Shown piece by piece: positions 25,787 to 35,121 of a stretch of 64,000 bases of DNA; position 1 is the first letter of the stretch, and the number at the start of each line of letters is the position of its first letter. The notes beneath the pieces were generated by a model. It had not been told where the DNA came from, did no database searches, and saw only the letters and a list, made by a program, of their open reading frames with translations. The translations under genes were made by a program, and so were the position numbers. The stretch comes from Candidatus Eiseniibacteriota bacterium. Lineage in GTDB: Bacteria > Eisenbacteria > RBG-16-71-46. The DNA lies in the NCBI GenBank assembly GCA_963725865.1, contig CAVSAC010000012.1, forward strand, positions 1,216,001 to 1,280,000, read 5' to 3'.

Positions 25787-26716
25787 CTACCGCGTGCGCT
25801 CGGCGACCGCCACCACCAGCGCCGCCAGCGGACGGGCGCGCGGGCCGAGGCCGCCGACCTGGGCCAGCACGCGCTCGAACAGCCGCCCGGCGTCGAGACG
25901 GGCGCGCGCCTCGCCCACCGCGCGCGGCCAGGTCGCCTTGCCCCGCGCGTCGTCGGTGCCGGCGCGCTTGCCGAGCTGGGCGAGCGTGCCCTGGCGATTG
26001 AGCAGGTCGTCGTGGATCTGGAACGCGAGCCCGAGGTCGCGGCCGACCGCGGCGAGCCGCCGGGTGGCGGCGCGGTCGGCGCCGCCGGCGATCGCGCCGA
26101 GCGACAGCGCGGCACCCATCAGCGCGCCCGTCTTGCGCACGTGGATGGCGCGCACCGCGGCGGCGCCGAGCCGCCGGCGCTCGCCCGCGAGGTCGAGCAC
26201 CTGGCCACCGACCAGCTCCGCGCTGCCGCTCGCGTGCGCCAGCTGCCGCGTCGCGTCGACCACGCGCGCCGCGGGCACCCCGCGCTCGGCGAGGCGGGCC
26301 AGCTCCTCGAACGCGAACGCGAGCAGCGCGTCGCCCGCCAGCAGGCCGAGCGCCTCGCCGAACTTCTTGTGGGTGGTCAGGCGCCCGCGGCGGTAGTCGT
26401 CGTCGTCCATCGGCGGCAGGTCGTCGTGGACCAGCGAGAACGCGTGCACGCACTCGAGCGCGGCGGCGGCCGGCAGCGCGTCGCGCCAGTCGCCACCCAC
26501 CGCCTCGCACGCCGCCAGGCAGAGCAGCGGACGCAGGCGCTTGCCGGGGCCGAGCACCGCGTAGCGCATCGCGGCGTGCAACGTGGCGGGCACCGTGGCG
26601 GCGCGCGGCAGCGCCTGCGCGAGGTAGCGCTCGAACGTGGCGTGACGTCCGCGCTGGGCGCGCGCGTCGGCGGCGCGCCGCGCGGGGCGAGTGCGGCCGG
26701 CGGCCCGGGCGGTCAT
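25787..26716 (-). CDS. ispA: Polyprenyl (farnesyl/geranylgeranyl) diphosphate synthase
   Basis: GKRLRP, SLVHDDLPPMDDDDYRRG, KTGAL, FQIHDD. Confidence 0.93.
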   Translation of the reverse strand: MTARAAGRTRPARRAADARAQRGRHATFERYLAQALPRAATVPATLHAAMRYAVLGPGKRLRPLLCLAACEAVGGDWRDALPAAAALECVHAFSLVHDDLPPMDDDDYRRGRLTTHKKFGEALGLLAGDALLAFAFEELARLAERGVPAARVVDATRQLAHASGSAELVGGQVLDLAGERRRLGAAAVRAIHVRKTGALMGAALSLGAIAGGADRAATRRLAAVGRDLGLAFQIHDDLLNRQGTLAQLGKRAGTDDARGKATWPRAVGEARARLDAGRLFERVLAQVGGLGPRARPLAALVVAVAERTR

Positions 26717-27066
26717 CAGAACGGCAGCCGACCGGCGTCGTCGTCGGGCGCGGGTCGTTTCGGGGCGGCCGGCCGTGCCGGCTTCGGCGCCGGTGGCGCG
26801 GCCGGCTCCGGGCCGGACTCGAGGTCGGCGGGCTCGGTGGCCGGGCCATCGGCGCCCTCCACCAGCCGCTCGATGCGCTGCTCGGCCGCGTCCAGCGTCT
26901 GGGTGAGCGTGCGCGAGAGCTTCACGCCCTCTTCGTAGCGCGCGATCGAGTCCTCGAGCGACAGCGCGCCGCTCTCGAGCTCCTCCACGATGGTCTCGAG
27001 CCGCTCGAGCGCCTGCTCGAAGCCCTGCGGCTCGCCCTCAGCGCCGGTGGTCTTCTTCGCCGCCAT
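26716..27066 (-). CDS. xseB: Exodeoxyribonuclease VII small subunit
   Basis: FEQALERLETIVEELESGALSLEDSIARYEEG. Confidence 0.93.
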   Translation of the reverse strand: MAAKKTTGAEGEPQGFEQALERLETIVEELESGALSLEDSIARYEEGVKLSRTLTQTLDAAEQRIERLVEGADGPATEPADLESGPEPAAPPAPKPARPAAPKRPAPDDDAGRLPF

Positions 27067-28423
27067 CCGTCCCTCCCCTGCGCACCGCTTCGATGCGGGC
27101 ATCCGCCTCGCCGCGGGCGAACTCGATGGTCACCGCATCGCCGACGCTCAGCGCCACGGCTCCACGCATCAGTCGTCCTTCCGGTCCCTTCACCAGGCAG
27201 TAGCCGCGCTCCATCACCGCGCGCGGCGAGAGCGCGCGCAACCGGTCGCCGTAGCCGGCGAGCCGCGTGCGCTGGAGGTGCAGCCGCGCGACCACGGCCG
27301 TGGTGAGCTGCTCGCGCGCGTCGGTCAGTCGCCGGCGCTGCTCCGCGAGCGACCGCGGCCACTCACGCAGGCCGTAGCGCGACGCCGCTGCCGCGAGCCG
27401 CTGGCGGGTCCGCTCGAGCGCTCCGCGCAGCGCGCGCGTGCCGCGCTCGAGCAGCTCGTCGACGCGCTGCTGGTGCATCCGCACCGCGTCGGTCTGACGC
27501 TTGAAACCGTACTTCTCCACGATGCGCGCCAGGTGGCGGCGGCGGTCGAGCAGCCCGAGTCTCAGCGCGCGGTCGCGGCGCTGGGCCAGCACCGCGAGGC
27601 GCGCGGCCACCTCGCGGCGGTCGCGCACCGCCAGCTCGGCGGCGTTGCTCGGGGTGGCGGCGCGCACGTCGGCCGCGAGGTCGCAGAGCGTGAAGTCCAC
27701 TTCGTGGCCGACCGCCGAGATCGTGGGCGTGCGCGAGGCGGCCACCGCGCGCACCACCGGCTCCTCGTTGAACGCCCACAGGTCCTCGAGCGAACCGCCG
27801 CCGCGCCCGACGATCAGCACGTCGGCGCCGCCCCAGCGGTCGAAGCGCTCGATCGCGGCCGCGATCTCGGCCGCCGCGCCCTCGCCCTGCACGCGCACCG
27901 GCGCCAGCACGATGCGCACCGCCGGCCAGCGCGCGCGCAGCACCTTCACCAGGTCGCGCACCGCGGCGCCGGTCGGCGAGGTGACGAGCCCCACCGTGCG
28001 CGGATAGTGCGGCAGCGGGCGCTTGCGCGCCGCATCGAACAGCCCCTCGGCCGCGAGCCGGCGCTTGAGCTCCTCGAGCGCCAGCAGCAGCGCGCCGATG
28101 CCGGCCGGGCGCAGCTCGTCGACCACCAGCTGGTAGCGGCCGCGCGGCTCGTACACGGTGATGGAGCCGAACGCCTCCACCTCCTGCCCGTCGCGCGGTT
28201 CGAACGAAAGGCGTCCCGCGGTGCCCTTCCACATCACGCAGTCGAGCACCGCGGTGGTGCCCTCTTTCATCGCGAAGTAGAGGTGCCCGCGGTCGGAGCG
28301 CTTGAAGCCGGAGATCTCGCCGCGCACCCAGAGCCCGCTGAAGCCGTCCTCGAGCGAGCCCTTGATCAGGCGCGTCAGCTCGCCGACGGAGAGGATGCCT
28401 TCCTGCTCGGGGGCGACCGCCAT
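27038..28423 (-). CDS. xseA: Exodeoxyribonuclease VII large subunit
   Basis: VRGEISG, GHLYF, RGGGSLEDLWAFN, GHEVD, ATPS. Confidence 0.96.
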   Translation of the reverse strand: MAVAPEQEGILSVGELTRLIKGSLEDGFSGLWVRGEISGFKRSDRGHLYFAMKEGTTAVLDCVMWKGTAGRLSFEPRDGQEVEAFGSITVYEPRGRYQLVVDELRPAGIGALLLALEELKRRLAAEGLFDAARKRPLPHYPRTVGLVTSPTGAAVRDLVKVLRARWPAVRIVLAPVRVQGEGAAAEIAAAIERFDRWGGADVLIVGRGGGSLEDLWAFNEEPVVRAVAASRTPTISAVGHEVDFTLCDLAADVRAATPSNAAELAVRDRREVAARLAVLAQRRDRALRLGLLDRRRHLARIVEKYGFKRQTDAVRMHQQRVDELLERGTRALRGALERTRQRLAAAASRYGLREWPRSLAEQRRRLTDAREQLTTAVVARLHLQRTRLAGYGDRLRALSPRAVMERGYCLVKGPEGRLMRGAVALSVGDAVTIEFARGEADARIEAVRRGGTDGGEEDHRR

Positions 28424-28425
28424 GC

Positions 28426-30114
28426 TCAGCGCGTCCCGGCGCCCGCCACCTGCCGCGACGCGGCGAGCGCGGTGTTGGCGACCACCATGGCGACGGTCAT
28501 CGGACCCACCCCGCCGGGCACGGGTGTGAGCGCCGAGGCGATGGTCGCGACACTCGCGGCATCGACGTCGCCGGTGAGCCGCGTCGCGTCGGGCGCGTCG
28601 CCGCGCGGGACGCGGTGGATGCCGACGTCGACCACCACCGCGCCGGGCTTCACCCAGCTCGCGTCGACCATCTCGGGCCGGCCGATCGCGCAGACCAGCA
28701 GGTCGGCCTGGCGCGCCAGCTCACGCAGGCGCGAGCCGCTGGCGCTGTGGCCGAGCGTCACGGTGCAGTCCACACCCTTCTGCGACAGCAGCGTCGCCAG
28801 CGGACGGCCGACCACGTTGCTGCGCCCGAGCACCACCGCGTGGCGGCCGGCGAGCGGGATCTGGTAGTGGCGCAACAGCTCGAGGATTCCCGCGGGCGTC
28901 GCCGGTGCCAGCGCCGGCAGTCCGACCGCGAGCCGGCCGACGTTCTCGGGATGGAATCCGTCCACGTCCTTGGGCGGCGGAATGGCCTCGAGCACCGGCT
29001 GCGACTCCGCGGGTGCGGCGAGCGGCAGCTGAACCAGGATGCCGTGCACGTCGGGGTCGGCGCCGAGGGCGCGCACCTTGGCGACCACCGTCGCGGTGTC
29101 GGTGCCGGCCGGCAGCTGCACCCGGCGGGCCTCGATGCCGGCGGCCGCGCACGCCTCGACCTTCTTCTTGAGGTAGATCCGCGACGCCGGATCCTCGCCC
29201 ACCGACACCAGCGCCAGCACCGGCGTGACGCCGGCCGCGCGGAGCTGGTCGCACTGCAGCTTCGCGCGCGCCGCGACCGCGGCCGCGGGCTCGGCGCCGG
29301 TGAGCCGCCGCGCGTCCGACCGCGAACGCGACAGGTCGCAGGGCTCCTGGATGCGGCGGATCGCGATCGTGCGGCCGCTGCCGGGATCGATGTCGAGCAC
29401 CGCGCCGTTCAGCCACAGGTCGTCGTGGGCGGGCGACAGCCGCGCGGGCATGCCGGTCAGGAATCGCTTGAGCGCGGACTCCTTCTCCATGCCGATGACC
29501 GAGTCGAACGCGCCGGTCATGCCGGCGTCGGTGAGCAGCGCCGTGCCGCCGGGCAGGATGCGCTCGTCGGCGGTCTGCACGTGGGTGTGGGTGCCGATCA
29601 CGGCGGAGACGCGGCCGTCGAGGTGCCAGGCGAGCGCGATCTTCTCGGCGGTGGTCTCGGCGTGGAAGTCGACGAAGATGACGCGCGTCTGCCTGCGCAG
29701 CGCGGCGACCGCCGCATCGGCAGCGCGGAACGGGTCGTCGGCCTCTTTCATGAACACGCGTCCGAGCAGGTTGATCACGCCCACGAGCGTGCCGTCGGCG
29801 GCCTTGAACACGCCGCTCCCCTGCCCCATGGTCCCCGGCGGCATGTTGAGCGGGCGCACCAGCCGCGGCTCGCTCGCGAGGTAGTCCAGGCTCTCGCGGC
29901 GGTCCCACAGGTGGTTGCCACCGGTCAGCACGTCGGCGCCGGCGCCGATCAGCTGCGCGCCCGCGTCCTTGGTGAGGCCGAAGCCGGCGGCGCTGTTCTC
30001 GGCATTGACGATCGCGATCGCGGCGCGGTGGCGCGCGCGCAGCGGCGGCAGCAGCGCCGCGACCACGTCGCGCCCCGGCGAGCCGATCACGTCGGCGACG
30101 AAGATGAGGTTCAG
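28426..30114 (-). CDS. folD: Fusion of YmdB/TIGR00282 metallophosphoesterase and FolD (methylene-THF dehydrogenase/cyclohydrolase), 562 aa
   Basis: N-half ADVIG, NAENS, GGNH, DFHAE, GTHTHV; C-half YLKKK, GILVQLP, KDVDG, GRSNVVG, TPVPGGVGPMT; one frame; CTG start 6 nt after GGGAGG. Confidence 0.9.
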   Translation of the reverse strand: MNLIFVADVIGSPGRDVVAALLPPLRARHRAAIAIVNAENSAAGFGLTKDAGAQLIGAGADVLTGGNHLWDRRESLDYLASEPRLVRPLNMPPGTMGQGSGVFKAADGTLVGVINLLGRVFMKEADDPFRAADAAVAALRRQTRVIFVDFHAETTAEKIALAWHLDGRVSAVIGTHTHVQTADERILPGGTALLTDAGMTGAFDSVIGMEKESALKRFLTGMPARLSPAHDDLWLNGAVLDIDPGSGRTIAIRRIQEPCDLSRSRSDARRLTGAEPAAAVAARAKLQCDQLRAAGVTPVLALVSVGEDPASRIYLKKKVEACAAAGIEARRVQLPAGTDTATVVAKVRALGADPDVHGILVQLPLAAPAESQPVLEAIPPPKDVDGFHPENVGRLAVGLPALAPATPAGILELLRHYQIPLAGRHAVVLGRSNVVGRPLATLLSQKGVDCTVTLGHSASGSRLRELARQADLLVCAIGRPEMVDASWVKPGAVVVDVGIHRVPRGDAPDATRLTGDVDAASVATIASALTPVPGGVGPMTVAMVVANTALAASRQVAGAGTR

Positions 30115-30128
30115 AGCGGGCCTCCCGG

Positions 30129-31691
30129 CTACTTCGCGTAGTCCACGGCGCGCGTCTCGCGGATCACCGTGACGCGGATCTGGCCCGGGTACTCGAGCTC
30201 CTTCTCGATGCGCCGCGCGATCTCGCCCGCCAGCACCTGGGCGCGCGCGTCGTCCACCTTGTGGTGCTCGACCATGATGCGTACCTCGCGGCCGGCCTGG
30301 ATGGCGTAGGACTTCTCGACACCCGGGAAGGTGTTCGCGATCTTCTCCAGCGACTCGAGGCGCTTGATGTAGATCTCGAGGCTCTCGCGCCGCGCTCCCG
30401 GACGGGCGCCGGAGATCGCATCGGCGGCGGCGATCAGCACCGGCCACAGGCTGCCGCCGGCGTAGTCGTCGTGGTGGTAGCCGATCGCGTCGAGCACCGG
30501 CTGCGGCTCGCCGTAGCGCGCCGCCACCTCCATGCCGAGCTGCGGGTGCGTGCCCTCGTGCTCGTGGTCGATCGCCTTGCCGATGTCGTGCATGAGCCCG
30601 CCGCGCTTGGCGAGCTTCTGGTCGATGCCGAGCTCGGCGGCCATCATGCCCGCGAGGTGCGCGACTTCGATCGAGTGACGCAGGATGTTCTGACCGTACG
30701 ACGTGCGGTACTGCAGCCGTCCGAGCAGGTTCATCAGCTCCACGTGCACTCCGTGGGCGCCGACCTCGAGGCAGGCCATCTCGCCCAGCTCGCGGATCTT
30801 GGCCTCGACCTCCTCCTTGACCTTGGCGACCACCTCTTCGATGCGCGCGGGATGGATGCGCCCGTCCGCCACCAGTCGCTCGAGCGCCAGGCGCGCGATC
30901 TCGCGCCGGACCGGGTCGAAGCCCGACAGGATCACCGCCTCGGGCGTGTCGTCGATGATGACGTCAACGCCGGTGATCACCTCGAAGGAGCGGATGTTGC
31001 GCCCCTCGCGCCCGATGATGCGGCCCTTCATGTCGTCGCTCGGCAGGTGCACCACCGAGACGCTCGACTCGGATGCGTGGTCGCCGGCGTAGCGCTGGAT
31101 CGCGAGCGTGATGATCTTGCGCGCCTCGCGCTCGGCGTTGCGCTGCGCGGTGTCGCGGATCTCGACCACGCGCCGCGCGGCCTCGGAGCGCGCCTCGCTC
31201 TCGATGCTCTGGATGAGCTGCTGCCGAGCCTCGTCGGCCGACAGCCCGGCGATGCGCTCGAGCCGCATGGTCTGATCGACGATCAACTTCTCGAGCTCGT
31301 GGCCACGCTCGTGCACGGCGCTCTCGCGCTGCGCGACCTCGGAGTCGAGGCGCTTGATGTCGCGCTCCTTCTTCTCGATCAGCTCGACGCGGCGATTGAA
31401 CGCGGCTTCCTTCTCCTGGAAGGCGCGCTCGGCGGCCAGCGCCTGATTGCGCGTGGCGAGGATCTCGCGCTCGATCTGCTGCTTGAGGTGGAGCGCCTCC
31501 TCGCGGCCCTCGAGCTGGGCGTCGCGCTTGAGGTTGTCGGCCTCGCGCGTGGCCTGCTCCATGACGCCCCGCGCGGTGCGCTCCGCGCTGTCGAGGCGGG
31601 CCTGGCCGATGCGCGAGCGCAGGAAGTAGCCGAGGAAAAACATCGCGACGACACCCACGCTGGTGCCGGCGATCCACTGCCACTGGGCCAT
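30129..31691 (-). CDS. rny: Ribonuclease Y
   Basis: N-terminal TM, coiled coil, KH ([12 protein letters not shown]), HD (MHDIGK), C-terminal [12 protein letters not shown]. Confidence 0.97.
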   Translation of the reverse strand: MAQWQWIAGTSVGVVAMFFLGYFLRSRIGQARLDSAERTARGVMEQATREADNLKRDAQLEGREEALHLKQQIEREILATRNQALAAERAFQEKEAAFNRRVELIEKKERDIKRLDSEVAQRESAVHERGHELEKLIVDQTMRLERIAGLSADEARQQLIQSIESEARSEAARRVVEIRDTAQRNAEREARKIITLAIQRYAGDHASESSVSVVHLPSDDMKGRIIGREGRNIRSFEVITGVDVIIDDTPEAVILSGFDPVRREIARLALERLVADGRIHPARIEEVVAKVKEEVEAKIRELGEMACLEVGAHGVHVELMNLLGRLQYRTSYGQNILRHSIEVAHLAGMMAAELGIDQKLAKRGGLMHDIGKAIDHEHEGTHPQLGMEVAARYGEPQPVLDAIGYHHDDYAGGSLWPVLIAAADAISGARPGARRESLEIYIKRLESLEKIANTFPGVEKSYAIQAGREVRIMVEHHKVDDARAQVLAGEIARRIEKELEYPGQIRVTVIRETRAVDYAK

Positions 31692-31742
31692 CGGAATGTC
31701 CCCCGGGCTCCGGGGCGGCGTCACCGCCGCCCCGGCCCCCCA

Positions 31743-31761
31743 GGCGGGAAGGATCCCCGCC
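31743..31761 (-). terminator. GC-rich hairpin directly after 6S RNA (terminator or processing stem)
   Basis: GGCGGGG-ATCCT-TCCCGCC; no U tract. Confidence 0.4.
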
Positions 31762-31938
31762 GGATTGCCGTGTGCTGGTGCGGTTCTTGAGACCTGGCGA
31801 GCCAGGTGGGCGTTCCTGTCGACCGGGTCTGCCCACCGGGTCCCTTGCGGGGCCCGGCTCGGCGTCGCCAGCCACCGGATTGCCCTTTGAGATTCTGTTG
31901 GTTCAAGAACAGCGAGGCATCACGAGCACGGCAGGGAA
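31762..31938 (-). ncRNA. ssrS: 6S RNA
   Basis: Between zapA and rny. Ends pair (UGCCGUG...CACGGCA); internal UUCUUGAACC pairs with GGUCUCAAGAA; CCCACCU motif; about 175 nt; ends approximate. Confidence 0.85.
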
Positions 31939-31964
31939 ATCGCGAAGAGGCGGGTCTCCTCCAC

Positions 31965-32270
31965 TCAGCGTTGGGAACCGTTCTCCTGGAGCACGTCGTC
32001 GAGGACGGCGTTCAGGCGCGCTGCCTGGCGGTGCAGGTCACGATCGACCGTCTCGCAGCGCGCGCGCTCCTTGAACAGTTCGTCGGCGATGTTGAGGGAG
32101 GCGAGGATCGCCACCTTGGACAGCGAGGCCACCGGGAGCTTCTCGGTGATCTCGCGCATCTTGCGGTCCACGTACGCGGCGACCCCCAGGATGTACTCCT
32201 GGTCGGCTTCGCCCCGGATGGTATACGGATGCCCAAAGATCTGGACCTGAACGACGTTCTTGGCGTCCAT
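31965..32270 (-). CDS. zapA: Cell division protein ZapA
   Basis: VQIFGHPYTIRG, AAYVDRKMREI, AILASLNIADE. Confidence 0.92.
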   Translation of the reverse strand: MDAKNVVQVQIFGHPYTIRGEADQEYILGVAAYVDRKMREITEKLPVASLSKVAILASLNIADELFKERARCETVDRDLHRQAARLNAVLDDVLQENGSQR

Positions 32271-32369
32271 GGTGTCCCCGCTTCGTCGCGTTTCCCTGCG
32301 TTTCCAGTTGCGCCTGTCGCCACCGTCGGGCCGACGCCGCGCCTGCGCGCGGCACGCTCCCGCGGTGGA

Positions 32370-32672
32370 TCAGCCCTCGATGCGCTCGAGCTTCTTGATG
32401 AGCGCTTCGATCCTCGAGGCCACGTCGCGCCGTTCGCTGTGCCAGTCGCGCTGCTCCTTGCGGAGCGCCGCGACCTCCTGCACCAGCGCCGTCGCGTCCT
32501 GGCCCTGCAGCCTGCCCTCGAGCGCCTCGAGCTTCTGCGCCAGCTCGTCGCGCTCGCGCGTCAATCGCTCGCGGTCGTCGCGCAGTCCCTGAACGACCGT
32601 GGCCGCCTTCTCGACTCGCTCGGCGAGCCGGTCGAGGTCGGTCTGCATCACGATGGTGTTGGTTTCGCTCAT
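32370..32672 (-). CDS. ZapB-like coiled-coil protein
   Basis: All coiled coil; between pheT and zapA; ATG overlaps the pheT stop. Confidence 0.75.
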   Translation of the reverse strand: MSETNTIVMQTDLDRLAERVEKAATVVQGLRDDRERLTRERDELAQKLEALEGRLQGQDATALVQEVAALRKEQRDWHSERRDVASRIEALIKKLERIEG

Positions 32673-35086
32673 CGCTCTCTCAACTGGCCGCCGCATCCCT
32701 TCTCGACGGCTCGCACCATGTGGTCCTGGATGGCCTGGACCTCGGATTCCGTCAGCGTGCGCTCCGGATGCTGGAACTGGAGCGCGAACGCCAGGCTCTT
32801 CATGCCCTCCGGAGTGCCGGGGCCAGCGTAGACGTCGAACAACTCGATCGAGGCGAGTCGCTCGCCGGCCGCGGCCGCCAGCACGCGATGCACCTCGTGA
32901 TGCGTCGCGCGCTCGGGGACGAAGAACGCGACGTCGCGTCGCACGGGCGGGAACCTCCCGGGCAGCGCCACGCCGGAGCGCCGTGCGCCGCGGGCGGGCA
33001 ACGGATCCAGGAGCGCCATGAACAGGTGCACCGGGAGCTCGATCTCCCATTCGCGCAGCAGCGGCGAGCCCAGCGTCCCAGCCCAAGCGATGCGTGAAGT
33101 ACCGTCCGCAACTTCCGCGCTGGCACCGGGTTTCCAGCCGCCCGCAGGATAGGCGCGCCATTCTGGCGTGTCAACGCCCATCTCCTCCAGCCACGCCTCC
33201 CACAGCCCCTTCGCGTCGTCGAAGTCGGCCGGCTGCTGGGCGGCGTCGTGCGCGTGCGCGTAGCGCGCGCCCGTCACGATCGCCGCGAGCATCGGACGTT
33301 CTTCCGGCAGCTCGCCGGCGCGCGCCCGAAAGCCCGTTCCCACTTCGAACAGCCGCACCGCCGGCGCGCCCTGGCGCAGGTTGTGCGCGCACGCGCGCAG
33401 CAGGCCGGGCACCGGGTTGGGCCGCAGCACTTCGCTCTCGCGGCTCATCGCGTTCGCGAGCCGCACGAGCGCGGGCGCCTCGTCGATCAGCGCGGCGCAC
33501 GGGAGCGCCTCGCGCTCCGAGACCAGCGTGGTGGTCCACGCCTCGCTGAGCCCGCGCGCGAGCATCGCGGCGCGGGCGCGCTCGAGCACGCGCTCGCGCG
33601 GGCCGCGCTGGGCGAACACGCCGTGGGTCTCGAGCGGGGCCTCGGGGATCCGGTCGTAGCCGTGGGCCCGCGCGACCTCCTCGACCAGGTCGTCCTCGAG
33701 GGTCACGTCGGGGCGCCACGTCGGGACCCGCACGACGAGCGGGTCGCTCCCCTGCGCCTCGAACTCGAGCCCGTCGAGGTAGCCGCGCGCCGCTTCCGCC
33801 TCGAGCGCCAGCCCCGCCACCCGCGCGATCCGCGAGAGCCGCAGCTCCACCGTGCGGGGCGCGTGATCCAGCACGTCGCGCTCGGCCCCCACGCCCAGCG
33901 TCGCGCCCGGACAGAGCTCGAGCAGCAGGTCGAGGAAGCGGCGCGCCGCGAACGGCGTGGCGCCCGGGTCCACCCCCCGCTCGAAGCGCTTGGAGGCTTC
34001 GGTCGTCATGCCCAGCGCGCGAGCGCCGCGGCGCACGCGCTGCGGGAGGAACCACGCACACTCGAGCAGCAGGCGTCGCGTGCCGGCGTGCACCTCGCTG
34101 TCCGCCCCGCCCATCACGCCGGCCAGCGCGACCGCGCGCTCGGCGTCGGCGATCACCAGCACCTCGGGGTTCAGCTCGCGCGGCTTGCCGTCGAGCGTGG
34201 TCAGACGCTCGCCCGCGCGCGCGCGCCGCACGCGGATCGCGGGGCCCGCGAGCCGGTCGAGGTCGAATGCGTGGACCGGCTGGCCGTACTCGAACAGCAC
34301 CAGGTTCGTGAGGTCGACCACGTTGCTGATCGGACGCTGTCCCATCGCCTCGAGGCGCCGCTGCAGCCACTCCGGCGAGGGACCGACCGTGACGCCCTCG
34401 ACCACCTGCGCGATGTAGCGCGGGCCGCCCTCGGCGTCCTCGAGCTCGAGGTCGAAGCCCTTGCGGGTCTCCCACGCCGCGGTGCTGAGCCGGCGCGCCG
34501 CCTCGGTCCACGCCGCGCCGAACGCCGAGCGCACCTCGCGCGCCAGGCCGATCACGCCGAGTCCGTCGGGGCGATTGAACGGCACTTCCACCTCGAGCAG
34601 CGTGTCGGGCGGGCCGAACAGCTCGTCGATCGCGCGGCCGAGCGTGAGCCCGTCCGCGCTCCCGCGCAGCCGCACGAGGTCGACGATGCCGCTGTGGTCG
34701 TCCGAGAGTCCCAGCTCGCGCGCCGAGCACAGCATGCCCTGGCTCTCCTCGCCGCGGACCTTGCGCTTCTCGATCCGGAACTCGCCCGGCAGCACCGCGC
34801 CGATGCGCGCGAACGGCACCACCATCCCCGCCGTCACGTTGGGCGCGCCGCACACGATGCGCAGCGGCGTGCCGGTGCCGTCGTCGACCGCGCAGAGCGA
34901 GAGCTTGTCGGCGTTGGGGTGCTTCGTCACCTCGAGCACCCGTGCCACCACCACGCCGGGATAGCTGTGGCCGTGGGTCTCGAGGCCCTCGACGTAGAAG
35001 CCGCGCCGGGTCAGCGCGTCGGCCACCTGTTCGGGGGTGGCGTCGAGCTGGACCCAGTCGCGCAGCCAGGAGATCGGGAGTCGCAT
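32669..35086 (-). CDS. pheT: Phenylalanine--tRNA ligase beta subunit
   Basis: MRLPISWLRDW, HPNADKL, CGAPN, NRPD, DLVEEVAR, ERTLTESEV. Confidence 0.97.
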   Translation of the reverse strand: MRLPISWLRDWVQLDATPEQVADALTRRGFYVEGLETHGHSYPGVVVARVLEVTKHPNADKLSLCAVDDGTGTPLRIVCGAPNVTAGMVVPFARIGAVLPGEFRIEKRKVRGEESQGMLCSARELGLSDDHSGIVDLVRLRGSADGLTLGRAIDELFGPPDTLLEVEVPFNRPDGLGVIGLAREVRSAFGAAWTEAARRLSTAAWETRKGFDLELEDAEGGPRYIAQVVEGVTVGPSPEWLQRRLEAMGQRPISNVVDLTNLVLFEYGQPVHAFDLDRLAGPAIRVRRARAGERLTTLDGKPRELNPEVLVIADAERAVALAGVMGGADSEVHAGTRRLLLECAWFLPQRVRRGARALGMTTEASKRFERGVDPGATPFAARRFLDLLLELCPGATLGVGAERDVLDHAPRTVELRLSRIARVAGLALEAEAARGYLDGLEFEAQGSDPLVVRVPTWRPDVTLEDDLVEEVARAHGYDRIPEAPLETHGVFAQRGPRERVLERARAAMLARGLSEAWTTTLVSEREALPCAALIDEAPALVRLANAMSRESEVLRPNPVPGLLRACAHNLRQGAPAVRLFEVGTGFRARAGELPEERPMLAAIVTGARYAHAHDAAQQPADFDDAKGLWEAWLEEMGVDTPEWRAYPAGGWKPGASAEVADGTSRIAWAGTLGSPLLREWEIELPVHLFMALLDPLPARGARRSGVALPGRFPPVRRDVAFFVPERATHHEVHRVLAAAAGERLASIELFDVYAGPGTPEGMKSLAFALQFQHPERTLTESEVQAIQDHMVRAVEKGCGGQLRER

Positions 35087-35121
35087 GCGGTCCTTCGAGG
35101 CGCGCGGGTGAGCGCGCCGGA

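Noticed and set aside
25677..26849. 1167-aa Dxs
   Set aside because: The upstream part is an R/A/G-rich alternate frame over ispA/xseB
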